Source: an uncultured delta proteobacterium (GTDB taxonomy: Bacteria > Myxococcota_A > Polyangia > Polyangiales > JAFGIB01). Taken from it: DNA of 64,000 nucleotides. The notes below the pieces were generated by a model, which worked only from the letters and a program-made list of their open reading frames with translations, was not told where the DNA came from and did no database searches. Position numbers and translations under genes: made by a program. The stretch spans positions 160,001 to 224,000 of the forward strand of contig CAVZVA010000009.1 in the NCBI GenBank assembly GCA_963778655.1, written 5' to 3'. Shown in pieces: positions 1 to 10,612 of this stretch; position 1 is the first letter of the stretch; the number at the start of each line of letters is the position of its first letter.

Positions 1-2
1 CC

Positions 3-956
3 GGCAAGAGCTCACTGGTCAACGGCATCCTGCTGCCGGCGCTGGCGCGCAGGCTGCACGGCGGCGGCGGGCCGGTGGGCGCGCACGCGGACATTCGCGG
101 GCTCGATGCGCTGGACCGCGTGATCGCGATCGACCAGAAGCCGATCGGGCGCACTCCGCGCAGCAATCCCGGCACCTACACCAAAGCCTTCGATCTGGTG
201 CGCGAGGTGTTCGCGCAGCTGCCCGAGGCGCGCGCGCGCGGCTTCAAGGCCGGGCGCTTCTCGTTCAACGTCAAGGGCGGGCGCTGCGAGGCGTGCGAGG
301 GCGACGGTGTGGTCAAGGTCGAGATGCACTTCCTGTCGGACGTGTACGTGCCGTGCGAGGTGTGCCGCAGCCGCCGCTACAGCAGCCAGACGCTGGAGGT
401 GCGCTACCGCGGGCAGAGCATCGCAGACGTGCTGGAGCTGAGCGTCGATGCCTGCCGGGAGCTGTTCGGAAGCCACCCGCAGCTGGCGCGCATCCTCGAC
501 ACGCTGGCCGAGGTTGGGCTGGGCTACCTGAAGCTGGGCCAGCCGGCGCCGACGCTGAGCGGCGGCGAGGCGCAGCGCGTCAAGCTCAGCCGCGAGCTGG
601 GCAAGCGCCACACCGGACGCACGCTGTACGTGCTCGACGAACCGACCACGGGGCTGCACTTCGAGGACATCCGGCGGTTGCTCGGCGTGCTGCAGGCGCT
701 GGTCGAGGCCGGCAACACGGTGGTGCTGATCGAGCACAACCTCGACGTGATCAAGTGCGCCGACTTCGTGCTCGACCTGGGCCCGGAGGGCGGCGCGGCC
801 GGCGGTCGCATCGTCGCACAGGGCACGCCCGAGCAGGTCGCGCGCGACCGCGACTCCCACACCGGGCGCTACCTGGCGGCGCTGCTGGACCGCGCGCCCG
901 CACGCGAGCGGGCTGGACTCCGCGCGCGCCGTGCCGCCTCCGACCGCGAGCTTTGA
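3..956 (+). CDS. uvrA: Excinuclease ABC subunit A, C-terminal part (gene starts before the window)
   Basis: Frame is open from base 3 (GKSSL Walker A remnant); [31 protein letters not shown] zinc finger, LSGGEAQR signature, LDEPTTGLH Walker [10 protein letters not shown]. Confidence 0.97.
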   Translation, partial: GKSSLVNGILLPALARRLHGGGGPVGAHADIRGLDALDRVIAIDQKPIGRTPRSNPGTYTKAFDLVREVFAQLPEARARGFKAGRFSFNVKGGRCEACEGDGVVKVEMHFLSDVYVPCEVCRSRRYSSQTLEVRYRGQSIADVLELSVDACRELFGSHPQLARILDTLAEVGLGYLKLGQPAPTLSGGEAQRVKLSRELGKRHTGRTLYVLDEPTTGLHFEDIRRLLGVLQALVEAGNTVVLIEHNLDVIKCADFVLDLGPEGGAAGGRIVAQGTPEQVARDRDSHTGRYLAALLDRAPARERAGLRARRAASDREL

Positions 957-1067
957 CTCACGCCGCGCCCGCTTGACAGCGCGCGCGCGATTGGCGATCG
1001 AGAAGGGGCGGGTGCGCGTGGGCGGAGGGAGAGGGTGATGGCGCGGCGTGGACGACGGTGGTGGGGC

Positions 1068-2732
1068 ATGCGCGCCGCATGCGCGCTGCCGGCCTTGTGG
1101 TTGCTGTGCGCGACCCATCCAGCCGCGGCCTGCGGCGGCTTCTTCTGCTCGGTCACGCCGATCGATCAGACGGCGGAGCGCATTCTGTTCACCATCAACG
1201 GCGACGGAACCATCTCCGCCTACGTGCAGATCCAGTACGCGGGCGAGCGTGACGCCTTCGCCTGGGTGGTGCCGGTGCCGAGCGTGCCCGACCTCGGCAC
1301 CTTCCCGCGTCTCGCGTTCCAGGCGCTCGACCTGGCCACCCAGCCCACCTACCGCTCCAACTGCGGACCGAAGCTGGTGCAGGGCGGCTCGCAGCTCGGC
1401 GGCAGCGGCGGCGTGATCGTCTACAAGCAGCAGGCCGTCGGTCCCTTTCAGACGGTCACGCTGGGGGGCGATTCGGCCGACGAGCTGGTGAGCTGGCTGC
1501 AGCAGAACGGCTACCGCGTCAGCGATCGCATGCTGCCGTTCATCAACTTCTACGTGCGCGATCACATGCTGTTTCTCGCCATGAAGCTGCTGCCCGACGC
1601 CGACGTGTCCGACATCGAGCCGGTGGTGATGACCTACAGCGCCGACGAGCCGATGATCCCCCTGCGGCTGACCGCGGTCGCCGCCAAGCCGGAGATCGGG
1701 GTGCTCGCGTTCATCCTGGCCGACCGGCGCTACGGGCCCAGGAACTACGCCGATCTCACCATCTCCGACGACTTGGTGAGCTTCGACGAGCTGCGTGGCC
1801 GCAACAACTACCTGGCGCTGGTCTCGCGCGAGGTCGACCGTGCGGGCGGTCATGCCTTCGTGACCGAGTACGCGCACGCGACCTCGGAGATCGTGAGCCA
1901 GCTGCAGAACACGTTCGTGCCCCCCGGCAACACCGATGCGGCCGAGGCCAACGACGCGCTGGTCGCGCTGCTGCAGCGCTTCACCTACATCACCCGGCTC
2001 TACACCCGCATCTCGCCCGAGGAGATGACGGTCGACCCGGTGTTCGTGCCCGCCTCTTCCCAGGTCGACGTCTCCAACATCCACGACTCGACCCTGGACG
2101 ACCCCTGCCAGCAGCCTCCCTCATGCACCTTCGGCTACTGTGGCACCCACGGCCGCTGCTTGCCCGTCGACCCGGGCACCGACGGTTGCTACTGCGACGC
2201 CGACAGCACCGCGATGGTCACGCCCACCTTCGGCGCGCAGCCCGCGGTCTACTGCGAGCCATTGGCCACCGATGTGCTCGGGCTCGGCGGCGCGGACGAA
2301 GACGCGGGCCCCAGCCCGTGCCGCGAAATCGACTGCGGGCAGGGCACCTGCACACTGATCAATGGCAACCCCACGTGCCAGTGCACGCCCGGGCACCTGG
2401 CGCGGGTGGACAGCGCCGGCTCGTCCGCCGGCGTGCGCTGCGTCTCGCAAGCAAGCGGCGCGCCGGATGCGGGCCTGGGCGGCCTTATGAGCGGGCCCGG
2501 CGGCGGCAGCGCGTCCTCGATCTCACCGGATGCGAGCGTGGATAGCGGCGCGGGCGCCGGCGTGTCCGCATCGCGGCTGGCGCCGCGCGGCGGCGCCGAC
2601 TGTCATTGCTCGATCGCGCGCGCTGGCGGGCGCGCGGCGGGCGGCTTTGGCTGGCCGGCCGTGCTGGCCGCCGTGCTCGGGCTGGCGCGCCGCAGGCGCC
2701 GCCGCGCGCGTGCGCGGCGCGCGCGGATGTAG
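1068..2732 (+). CDS. DUF2330-like secreted protein with Cys-rich region and MYXO-CTERM-type tail
   Basis: Signal peptide then [33 protein letters not shown]-terminus GGADCHCS + hydrophobic helix + RRRRR. Start could be 1035-1068. Confidence 0.8.
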   Translation: MRAACALPALWLLCATHPAAACGGFFCSVTPIDQTAERILFTINGDGTISAYVQIQYAGERDAFAWVVPVPSVPDLGTFPRLAFQALDLATQPTYRSNCGPKLVQGGSQLGGSGGVIVYKQQAVGPFQTVTLGGDSADELVSWLQQNGYRVSDRMLPFINFYVRDHMLFLAMKLLPDADVSDIEPVVMTYSADEPMIPLRLTAVAAKPEIGVLAFILADRRYGPRNYADLTISDDLVSFDELRGRNNYLALVSREVDRAGGHAFVTEYAHATSEIVSQLQNTFVPPGNTDAAEANDALVALLQRFTYITRLYTRISPEEMTVDPVFVPASSQVDVSNIHDSTLDDPCQQPPSCTFGYCGTHGRCLPVDPGTDGCYCDADSTAMVTPTFGAQPAVYCEPLATDVLGLGGADEDAGPSPCREIDCGQGTCTLINGNPTCQCTPGHLARVDSAGSSAGVRCVSQASGAPDAGLGGLMSGPGGGSASSISPDASVDSGAGAGVSASRLAPRGGADCHCSIARAGGRAAGGFGWPAVLAAVLGLARRRRRRARARRARM

Positions 2733-2852
2733 GCGGTGTCCGTGGTTGTGCGTGCGCCTGAACGTACGCTCAACCGAGCGCGGACCCGCCTCAGGTCGAT
2801 TCGCGCAACGCGGTGCTCGCGTCGCGCGCATCTTCCCTTAAGATCTCGCTCG

Positions 2853-4430
2853 ATGAGCGTAGGCCGTGCCCCGGGTCGCCCCGCGCCGTGGAGTTGCCGC
2901 GGGCACACGCGTGCAGCCCGCAGCTCGGGCCGCCGCCTCGGCCTTGTTCTGCTCGCCGTGTTGCTGGGCGGGTGCAGCCCCTACGACCCGAGCTTGCTGC
3001 ATGCGCCAGCGGCGAAGCCCAAGCCGACCGACGCCGGTGCCGGAGACGCAGGGGCACCCGGGACTTGCGTCGCAGGTGCCGACCTCACGGTCTGCGAGCG
3101 GCCCAACGCCGACGGCGTGTGCCTCGACGGGAGCTGCTCGATCGTGCGCTGCCATAGCGGCCATTTCGATTGCGACATGCTCGCGGACAACGGTTGCGAG
3201 TCCATGCTCGACACACCCGACCACTGCGGCGCCTGCGACGAGAGCTGCCAGTTGCCTCACGTCGTGAGCCAGCTCTGCGTGCCCAAGGCCGTGGGCGGCC
3301 CGTGCCTCATCGACCACGGCTGCGGCGATGCCGACGGCGGCTGCGTAGACGGCGCGGCCGAGAACGGCTGCGAGCCCGGTTTCAGCGACTGCGACGACAT
3401 CGCGGCCAACGGCTGCGAGACCTCACTGCGCTCACTGGGCAACTGCGGCGCCTGCGGGATGAGCTGCTCGATCGCTGCGTCCGAGGCCAGCTGCGCCGAC
3501 GGGACCTGCACTGCGCTCGGCTGCGCGCGCGGCTCGGGGGATTGCGACGGCAAGGGCTGCAAGAGCCTCGCATCCGACCCCGACAACTGCGGCAGCTGCG
3601 AGCAAGCCTGCGACGCATCGGCGCCCAACTGCGCGGGCGGCCGCTGCACCGCCTCGAGCTGCGCCTCGGATAAGGCCGACTGCGATGGCAACAGCAACAA
3701 CGGCTGCGAGGCGGACCTGACCGCGGCCGCGACCTGCGCGAGCTGCGACGTGAGCTGCGGTCCGTACGTGCACGCGAAGCCCGGCTGCATCGAGGGCAGC
3801 TGCGGCCTGGCGAGCTGCGACGACGGCTTCGGTGACTGCGACGGTGCGCGCGACAACGGCTGTGAGGTCGACCTGACCCGGGTCGAGAGCTGCGGCGCGT
3901 GCGGGCACGACTGCAGCACGCTCCCGCACGTGGTCGGGGCGCAGTGCCAGGGCGGCCGCTGTGCGGCCCTGCAGTGCGAGGACGGCTGGGGCGACTGCGA
4001 CGGCGATCCGGACACCGGTTGCGAGCAGTCGCTGAAGAGCACCGCGTACTGCGGCAGCTGCCAGCAGAGCTGCACGCCGGACCACGCGACCGGCGACTGC
4101 TCGAGCGGCAGCTGCGCGATCAGCGCCTGCGCCCAGGGCTACGACGACTGCAACGGCAAGCCCGGCGACGGCTGCGAGGCCGCGCTCGACACGGACGCCA
4201 ACTGCGGCGCTTGCGGCAACGCCTGCGGCAATGGGACCAGCTGCCACAACGGCGGCTGCAGCTGCAGCAGCAGCGGCGCCTGCCCGAGCGGCACCGCGTG
4301 CTGCTCGGGCGCCTGCATCGACACCACCAGCACGTGCTTCCCCTGGCCCTGCATCCCCGGCACCACCCGCGACAAGAACAACTGTGGCGGCTGCGGAGTC
4401 CAGTGCATCACGTGGTGCTGCGCGCGCTGA
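2853..4430 (+). CDS. Cys-rich repeat lipoprotein (myxobacterial DCDGxxxNGCE / NCGxCG repeats)
   Basis: Lipobox-like LLGG-C; six DC(D/N)xxxx(N/T/D)GCE units alternating with CGxC units; start uncertain. Confidence 0.8.
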   Translation: MSVGRAPGRPAPWSCRGHTRAARSSGRRLGLVLLAVLLGGCSPYDPSLLHAPAAKPKPTDAGAGDAGAPGTCVAGADLTVCERPNADGVCLDGSCSIVRCHSGHFDCDMLADNGCESMLDTPDHCGACDESCQLPHVVSQLCVPKAVGGPCLIDHGCGDADGGCVDGAAENGCEPGFSDCDDIAANGCETSLRSLGNCGACGMSCSIAASEASCADGTCTALGCARGSGDCDGKGCKSLASDPDNCGSCEQACDASAPNCAGGRCTASSCASDKADCDGNSNNGCEADLTAAATCASCDVSCGPYVHAKPGCIEGSCGLASCDDGFGDCDGARDNGCEVDLTRVESCGACGHDCSTLPHVVGAQCQGGRCAALQCEDGWGDCDGDPDTGCEQSLKSTAYCGSCQQSCTPDHATGDCSSGSCAISACAQGYDDCNGKPGDGCEAALDTDANCGACGNACGNGTSCHNGGCSCSSSGACPSGTACCSGACIDTTSTCFPWPCIPGTTRDKNNCGGCGVQCITWCCAR

Positions 4431-4459
4431 CCCCGGTCACGAGACAGCAAGGGTCGGTC

Positions 4460-5809
4460 CTAAGGTGCGCGGCCCTGCATCTTCGCGCGGTGCTCTTGCA
4501 GCCAGCGCTTGGTCTCCTCGGAGACGCCCGGCACCTGCGGCACCGGAGGCTCGGATGCGTAGCTGGGCGCGGGCGCGTAGCTCGGCGCGGGCGGGGCGTA
4601 GGCCGGTGCAGGGGCATAGGCCGGCGCAGGCGCATAGCTGGGCGCAGGCGCGTAGCTCGGCGCGGGCGCGTAGCTGGGCGCGGGCGCGTAGCTCGGCGCG
4701 GGCGCGTAGCTCGGCGCGGGCGCGTAGCCCGCGGCCTGCGTCGGCTGCCAGGCGGCCGCATCACCGAAGCGCCCGCTCGCCGCCGGCGCCGCGCCGTACC
4801 CGTAGCTCGGTTGCGCCGCTTGCTGCGCAGCCAGCTGAGACTGGCGCGCGGCCTCCGCCTGCTTGGCGATCTCCGCCTGGCGCGCGAGCTCAGCCTGTTT
4901 GGCCAGCTCGGCCTGGCGCGCGACCTCAGCTTGCCGCGCGGCTTCGGCCTGGGCCTCGGCCTGCTGCGCCAGCTCGGCCTGGCGCTCCTGCTCCTGCTTG
5001 CGCGCGTTCTCGACCGCCAGCGCCGACTGCCGCTCGAGCTCGGACTGCTGGTCCGCGAGCACCTGCTGCGCCCGCGCCTTCATCGCGACCAGCCGCTCGG
5101 CCTGTTCCTGCTTGCGCTGCTCGGCCAGGGTCTTCTGGTGCGCCAGCTCCTCGCCTTGCGCCTGCAGCAGCTTGGCTGCCGCCGTCTTGAACGCGTCGAG
5201 CCGATACTCGCGCGCGCCTTCGTCGCTCAGGTAGCGGCCAATCGCGGGCCACAGCCGCTCGCGGGTCTCGGCGTCGGGGTGGCCCGTCGCCGGCAAGCTG
5301 AGCGATGCGATGGTACGGCCGTGGGGATCGGTGACGCGAACCACGCCGCGATCACCGTCACCGTCGACCCACGCGTACAGCCCGACCTCGGCGGCCAGCC
5401 GCTCGCGGTCGCCGCGATCGTTGGTCTTGGCGCCGATCCTGTTTCCGACCACCTCGAGATCGGGCTGGCCCACCACCTCGACGTCCGGGTGCGCAGAGAG
5501 CACCTCGAGCACGGCCTGGCGCAAGGCGTCGGCACCCGCGCCCTCGAAAGTCGGCACGCCCACCTTGCGCAGCCGCGGCGCGCTCAGCGCGACCAGCGCA
5601 TCGGGCGGCTCCGTGGTGGGCTTCGGCGCCGCGGCACGGGCCCTGCGGGCGCCGCGCTGGCCATGCGTCTTGCTCGACTTCCTTCGGGACTTCGCGTGGT
5701 GGCCATGCTCGGCGTGCGCCGCGGCCGGTTGCCACCCGCCCGCGGCAGCCAGCGCCAGCGCCAACGCCAGCCCGCGGCCCGCGCGCGCAGCCGTGCAAAG
5801 GCCGCTCAT
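4460..5809 (-). CDS. Secreted protein with coiled-coil (QAELA repeats) and YAPAPS tandem repeats
   Basis: Signal peptide ending AAHA; ATG overlaps the upstream stop (ATGA); E/Q/A-rich helix and Tyr-Pro repeats. Confidence 0.75.
   Translation of the reverse strand: MSGLCTAARAGRGLALALALAAAGGWQPAAAHAEHGHHAKSRRKSSKTHGQRGARRARAAAPKPTTEPPDALVALSAPRLRKVGVPTFEGAGADALRQAVLEVLSAHPDVEVVGQPDLEVVGNRIGAKTNDRGDRERLAAEVGLYAWVDGDGDRGVVRVTDPHGRTIASLSLPATGHPDAETRERLWPAIGRYLSDEGAREYRLDAFKTAAAKLLQAQGEELAHQKTLAEQRKQEQAERLVAMKARAQQVLADQQSELERQSALAVENARKQEQERQAELAQQAEAQAEAARQAEVARQAELAKQAELARQAEIAKQAEAARQSQLAAQQAAQPSYGYGAAPAASGRFGDAAAWQPTQAAGYAPAPSYAPAPSYAPAPSYAPAPSYAPAPSYAPAPAYAPAPAYAPPAPSYAPAPSYASEPPVPQVPGVSEETKRWLQEHRAKMQGRAP
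4559..4726 (-). repeat. Intragenic 18-bp tandem repeat encoding YAPAP(S/A), about 9 units
   Basis: Repeated gcgtagct(c/g)ggcgcggg on the + strand. Confidence 0.9.
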
Positions 5810-6555
5810 TTTCCGACCGTGTATCCGAGCGGTGCCTGCCACAGCGCCGGCTCGCGCCAGCGCTGCTCCGGCGCGTCGAACACGAAGGCGACGCTATCGA
5901 GCTTGCTCTTCTTGAAGCCGAAGCCGAGCAGACCGTTGGGGGTGTCGAAGTAGCCGGCGCCGCTGCTGCCGTCGAAGCCGGGCGTGGTGGCGTGCCAGTC
6001 GCCGAGGAAGGCCTTGGCCAGGCTCGGCTCCCTGGGCACCTGGTCGGCCTTGCTGCCGTAGCCGAGCTCGCCCACCACCGGGCGCTTGCTGCCGCGCTCC
6101 TTGGGCACCGGCAGATCGCATTCGACGTACAACGGCACGTAGTGCGCCTCGTCCTGCTGTACGCCTTCGAAGAAGCAGCCGAGCTCGGGAAAGCTCTCGA
6201 TGATGTGCACCACGCCGTCGTCGTTCTTGCGCTCCTCGCGCATGTAGCCGGTCCAGTTGTCCTGGCGCAGCATGCGCACGCCCTGCAGCGCGGGGCCGTC
6301 GGCGTAAAGCGGATAGCCGTAGAGGAATGGCACCGCGACAGGCCGCGCGGGCGAGCCCTTCAGCTCCACGCGTACGATCGGGGCGTGCGGGTCGTCCAGC
6401 TCCGGCGGCTTGCCACTGGGCAGCTCGACCATCACCGGCGCTGCGGACTCGCTGCTCGCCGTGGTCGTCTCGTTGTTGGCTTGAGGTCGCGAGGCCAGAC
6501 AGCCCGAAAGGCCCAACGCGACCCACCCGATCAACCACCTCGTGTTTGGCCGCAT
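5806..6555 (-). CDS. Hypothetical lipoprotein
   Basis: GGAGG RBS before ATG at 6555; lipobox LSG-C; stop overlaps the next start. Confidence 0.75.
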   Translation of the reverse strand: MRPNTRWLIGWVALGLSGCLASRPQANNETTTASSESAAPVMVELPSGKPPELDDPHAPIVRVELKGSPARPVAVPFLYGYPLYADGPALQGVRMLRQDNWTGYMREERKNDDGVVHIIESFPELGCFFEGVQQDEAHYVPLYVECDLPVPKERGSKRPVVGELGYGSKADQVPREPSLAKAFLGDWHATTPGFDGSSGAGYFDTPNGLLGFGFKKSKLDSVAFVFDAPEQRWREPALWQAPLGYTVGK

Positions 6556-6756
6556 TCGGTTGCCTCCCGGTTTCCTCCTGAGCATTCGCTCGACCTTCAA
6601 ACTATAGCGACGAAAATGTGCAGCGTCATCCCACCAAGACTTTCATGCCTCGCAATCCCGTAATAATTTGGGATTCAGGCGACCGGCCGGTCACTACAAT
6701 CGGCCGAAATCCCCCGCAGACGTTGCGACGTCCAGGCCGCTTGCGAGCATCCGCCC

Positions 6757-7494
6757 GTGCCGTGGCTCGAGCGTGACGATCTCCAGCTGTATTACGAGGA
6801 GCACGGCGCAGGCTTCCCGCTGCTGCTGTTCGCGCCCGGGGGCATGCGCTCCAGCATCGCCTTCTGGCGGCGCTCGCCCTGGGACCCGATCGCGTCGCTG
6901 CAATCCGACTTCCGTGTGATCGCGCTGGACCAGCGCAACGCCGGCCGCTCCCGTGCTCCGATCACGGCCGGCGACGGCTGGGCCAGCTACCGGGCCGACC
7001 ATCTCGCGCTGCTCGACCATCTGGAAATCGAGCGCTGCCATCTGCTGGGCGGCTGCATCGGCGGCTCATATTGCCTGGGGCTGATCGAGGCCGCGCCCGA
7101 GCGCGTGGCGGCGGCCGTGTTGCAGCAGCCGATCGGCTTCGACGGCAACAACCGCCAGCTGTTCGACGCCATGTTCGAGCACTGGGCCGAGGAGCTGCGC
7201 CCGCAGCGAGCCGAGGTGGAGCCCGCCGCCTGGACCGCGTTTCGCGAGCGCATGTACGGCGGCGAGTTCGTGTTCAACGTCTCGCGCGACTTCGTGCGCG
7301 GCTGCCGCACGCCGCTGTTGGTGTTGATGGGCAACGACCCCTATCACCCCGCGGAGACCTCGCGCGAGATCGCGCGGCTCGCGCCCGAGGCCGAGCTGAT
7401 CGAGCGCTGGAAGGAGCCCGACGCGGTGCCGGAGACGATCCGCCGCGTGCGCGCGTTTCTGCAGGCGCACACCCCGCCGGGCACGCCGCGGTAG
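6757..7494 (+). CDS. Alpha/beta fold hydrolase
   Basis: YYEEHGAGFPLLL, IALDQRNAGRS, GGCIGG nucleophile elbow (Cys), D-P-Y-H. Confidence 0.9.
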   Translation: MPWLERDDLQLYYEEHGAGFPLLLFAPGGMRSSIAFWRRSPWDPIASLQSDFRVIALDQRNAGRSRAPITAGDGWASYRADHLALLDHLEIERCHLLGGCIGGSYCLGLIEAAPERVAAAVLQQPIGFDGNNRQLFDAMFEHWAEELRPQRAEVEPAAWTAFRERMYGGEFVFNVSRDFVRGCRTPLLVLMGNDPYHPAETSREIARLAPEAELIERWKEPDAVPETIRRVRAFLQAHTPPGTPR

Positions 7495-7498
7495 GCGC

Positions 7499-8731
7499 AT
7501 GGAAATGCCCCGCTCGCCCGCGCGCCCGCGTCGCGCCGCGCTGGTCTTCATCTTCATCACGGTAGTGCTCGACATGCTGGCGCTGGGCATGATCATCCCG
7601 GTGCTGCCCAAGCTGGTGGTCGGCTTCCTCGGCGGCAACACCGCGCACGCGGCCGAGATCTACGGGCTCTTCGGCACGGTGTGGGCGCTGATGCAGCTGT
7701 TGTTCTCGCCCGTGCTGGGCGCGCTCTCCGATCGCTTCGGGCGGCGCCCGGTGATCCTGCTGTCGTGCTTCGGGCTCGGCCTCGATTACGTGCTGATGGC
7801 GCTCTCGCCCACGCTGAGCTGGCTGTTCGTCGGCCGCGTGATCTCGGGCATCACCGCGGCCAGTTTTCCCACCGCCGGGGCCTACATCGCCGACGTCACC
7901 ACCGAGGAGAAGCGCGCCGCAGGCTTCGGCATGCTGGGCGCCGCGTTCGGCCTGGGCTTCGTGCTAGGCCCGGCGGTCGGCGGCGTGCTCGGCGCGATCG
8001 AGCCGCGGCTGCCGTTCTGGGTAGCGGCGGGGCTGAGTCTGCTCAACGCGATCTACGGCGTGTTCGTGTTACCCGAGTCGCTGCCGCCCGAGCGTCGCAC
8101 CCCGTTCGCGTGGCGGCACGCCAGCTCGCTCGGCTCGCTGCGCTTGCTGCGCAGCCATCCCGAGCTGCTCGGTCTGTCGATCGTGAGCTTCCTGGCGCGC
8201 ATCGCGCACGAGGTCTTGCCCAGCACGTTCGTGCTGTACGCCAGCTATCGCTATGGCTGGGGCGAGCGCAGCATGGGGCTGTTCCTGGCCGCGGTCGGAG
8301 TGTGCAGCACGATCGTGTCGGGTGGCCTGGTGCGCCCGATGGTGGCGCGTTTCGGCGAGCGGCGCGTGCTGCTGGCCGGGCTGGTGTTCGGAACTGCGGG
8401 CTTCGCGATCTTCGGCCTCGCCAGCACCAGCCGCATGGTGCTGGCGGGCGTGCCGGTGGAGGCGCTGTGGGGGCTGTCGGGACCGGCAGCCCAGGGGCTG
8501 ATGACACGGCGCGTGAGCCGCTCCCAGCAGGGCCAGCTGCAGGGCGCGCAGAGCGCGCTGGTGGGGATCGCCGGGCTGATCGGCCCCGGCCTGTTCTCAC
8601 TCACCTTTGCACGTTTCATCGGCGCCCAGCGCGGCTGGCACCTGCCCGGCGCGGCGTTTCTGCTCGCGGCGTTGTTGCTCGCGGCAGCGGGCGTGATCGC
8701 GGCGCGTGTCACGCGGGCGAGCACGGCGTGA
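7499..8731 (+). CDS. TCR/Tet-family MFS efflux transporter
   Basis: LDMLALGMIIPVLP, motif A GALSDRFGRRPV, motif C GFVLGPAVGG, about 12 TM segments. Confidence 0.92.
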   Translation: MEMPRSPARPRRAALVFIFITVVLDMLALGMIIPVLPKLVVGFLGGNTAHAAEIYGLFGTVWALMQLLFSPVLGALSDRFGRRPVILLSCFGLGLDYVLMALSPTLSWLFVGRVISGITAASFPTAGAYIADVTTEEKRAAGFGMLGAAFGLGFVLGPAVGGVLGAIEPRLPFWVAAGLSLLNAIYGVFVLPESLPPERRTPFAWRHASSLGSLRLLRSHPELLGLSIVSFLARIAHEVLPSTFVLYASYRYGWGERSMGLFLAAVGVCSTIVSGGLVRPMVARFGERRVLLAGLVFGTAGFAIFGLASTSRMVLAGVPVEALWGLSGPAAQGLMTRRVSRSQQGQLQGAQSALVGIAGLIGPGLFSLTFARFIGAQRGWHLPGAAFLLAALLLAAAGVIAARVTRASTA

Positions 8732-9489
8732 GCGCGACCACCATGCTGGTGCTGGCCGCCGCCGGTTTCACCGCGGGCGTGATCAACGCGATCGCGGGGG
8801 GCGGCTCGCTGGTGAGCTTTCCTGCGCTGTTGCTCTCGGGCATGCCCGCGATCACCGCCAACGCCACCAACGCGCTGGCGCTGTGGCCCGGCTCGGTCAG
8901 CTCCGCGCTGGCTTACCGCCGCGAGATCGCCGCGCGGCGCGCGCTCGCCCTGCGGCTGTCGGTGCCCTCGCTGCTCGGCGGCCTGCTCGGCTCGTTCATC
9001 CTGCTGCAGAGCTCGGAGAAGCTGTTCCGCGCGGTGGTGCCGTGGCTGATCTTGCTGGCCTGCGCGCTGCTGGCGCTGCAGGAGCCAATCGCGCGCCGTG
9101 CGAGCGAGCGCCGCGCGCGCGCGCCCGCGACGGGCGTTGCGCCCCTCGGCCTGTGGCTGGCGCAACTCGCGATCTCGATCTACGGCGGCTATTTCGGCGC
9201 GGGCATGGGCATCCTGATGCTGGCGGCGCTCTCGATCGTGCTGCCCGGCTCGCTGCAGCAGGCCAACGCGCTCAAGCTGCTGTTCGCGGTGCTGATCAAC
9301 GGCATCGCCGCGCTGTACTTCCTGGCCAAGGGCGCCGCCAGCCTGCCCGAGGCCGGCCTGATGGCGCTCGCGTCGCTGCTCGGCGGCTATGCTGGCGCGT
9401 GGCTGGCGCGGCGCCTGCCCGCGCGCACCATGCGCGCGCTGGTGGTTACCTACGGCCTCGTGGTGGCCGCCAAGCTGTTCGCGAGCTGA
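8728..9489 (+). CDS. TauE/SafE (TSUP) family membrane protein
   Basis: GTGA overlap with the MFS stop; AGVINAIAGGGSLVSFPAL, YGGYFGAGMG. Confidence 0.9.
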   Translation: MSATTMLVLAAAGFTAGVINAIAGGGSLVSFPALLLSGMPAITANATNALALWPGSVSSALAYRREIAARRALALRLSVPSLLGGLLGSFILLQSSEKLFRAVVPWLILLACALLALQEPIARRASERRARAPATGVAPLGLWLAQLAISIYGGYFGAGMGILMLAALSIVLPGSLQQANALKLLFAVLINGIAALYFLAKGAASLPEAGLMALASLLGGYAGAWLARRLPARTMRALVVTYGLVVAAKLFAS

Positions 9490-9491
9490 CC

Positions 9492-10463
9492 TCACCAGGC
9501 ATAGGCTTCGGGGGCTTCGCCGCCGGGGCCCGGGAACAGCTTGTCCAGCTTGCCGAGCGTCTCGGCGCTCAGCGCGATGTGCGTGGCGCTGAGCGCGCTC
9601 TGCAGCTGCTCGAGCGTGCGCGGGCCCACGATCGGCGCGGTCACGTCGCGGTTGTGCAGGAGCCAGGCGAGCGCGACCTCGCCCGGCGGCTGGCCCAGCC
9701 CACTGCACAGTCGCTCGTAGGCCTCGATCGTGGGCCGCGCCCGCTCCAGCCGCTCGCGCACGAAGTCACTCGCTCGCCGGCCTTGCTCGATCTTCTGCAG
9801 CACGCCGCCGAGTAGCCCGCTCGCGAGCGGGCTCCACGGCAGCAGGCCCAGGCCGTAGCTGCGGCACGCGGGGATCACCTCGAGCTCGATTGTGCGCGCG
9901 TTCAAGTTGTACAAGCTTTGCTCCGAGACCAGCCCGAGCAAGCCGTGCCGGCGTGCGGCCTCGCAGCCCTGCGCCAGCTGCCAGCCGGCGAAGTTGCTGC
10001 TGCCGACGTACAGCACCTTGCCTTCGCGCAGCAGCTGCTCCATCGCCTGCCAGATCTCGTCCCAGGGCGTGTCTCGGTCCACGTGGTGCATCTGGTACAG
10101 ATCGATCCAGTCGGTCTGCAGCCGGCGCAGGCTCTGCTCGCAGGCCTGCTTGATGTGGCGCGCCGAGAGTCGCGCGTCATTGGGGCCGTCGCCCATGCGG
10201 CCGTAGACCTTGGTCGCGAGCACGACCTGCTCGCGGCGTCCGCTGCCCTGCGCGAACCAGTTGCCCACGATCCGCTCGGTGGCGCCGCGGCCGGCGCTGC
10301 GTCCGTAGACGTTGGCGGTGTCGAAGAACTGAATTCCTTCCGAGAGCGCGTGATCCATGATCTGGAACGAATCGCGCTCGCTGGTGAACGGGCCGAAGTT
10401 CATCGTGCCCAGGCACAGGCGGCTGACCTGCAGCCCGGTGCGTCCAAGTCTGGTGGTGTCCAT
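9492..10463 (-). CDS. Aldo/keto reductase
   Basis: LCLGTMNFG, DTANVYG, LATKV, DLYQMHH, WSPLASG. Confidence 0.95.
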   Translation of the reverse strand: MDTTRLGRTGLQVSRLCLGTMNFGPFTSERDSFQIMDHALSEGIQFFDTANVYGRSAGRGATERIVGNWFAQGSGRREQVVLATKVYGRMGDGPNDARLSARHIKQACEQSLRRLQTDWIDLYQMHHVDRDTPWDEIWQAMEQLLREGKVLYVGSSNFAGWQLAQGCEAARRHGLLGLVSEQSLYNLNARTIELEVIPACRSYGLGLLPWSPLASGLLGGVLQKIEQGRRASDFVRERLERARPTIEAYERLCSGLGQPPGEVALAWLLHNRDVTAPIVGPRTLEQLQSALSATHIALSAETLGKLDKLFPGPGGEAPEAYAW

Positions 10464-10612
10464 GGGCCTGTTCTACGGCTTCGTCACGCGCTTCCGCAAC
10501 AGCAACGTGGCGACGCGAGCCCTGCCCCGGCCGCGGCTTTTCGCCGGCCCGACTCGGGCGTAGACTGACGCTGTCGGCCGGAGGGATCGGGCCGGCGATT
10601 CAAGGAGCACGT

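Noticed and set aside
12..2084. 690-aa minus-strand ORF and many other long overlapping ORFs (e.g. 3899-5953, 33581-35593, 45109-47316, 48751-50580)
   Set aside because: Shadow frames of recognisable genes in high-GC DNA; Arg/Ala/Gly-rich with no motifs
4559..4726. Tandem repeats as a possible CRISPR array
   Set aside because: Contiguous 18-bp in-frame coding repeats with no spacers and no cas genes
7499..8731. Acquired tetA resistance gene
   Set aside because: No tetR or mobile context; ordinary chromosomal TCR/Tet-family MFS, substrate unknown
7681..9489. Apparent 602-aa fusion ORF (likewise 21971-23395, 35595-36998, 35706-37469)
   Set aside because: Only the 3' part is a real gene; the 5' extension overlaps another gene in a different frame or strand
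10480..10512. TCGTCAC as a further Pho box
   Set aside because: No convincing second half-site at 11 bp
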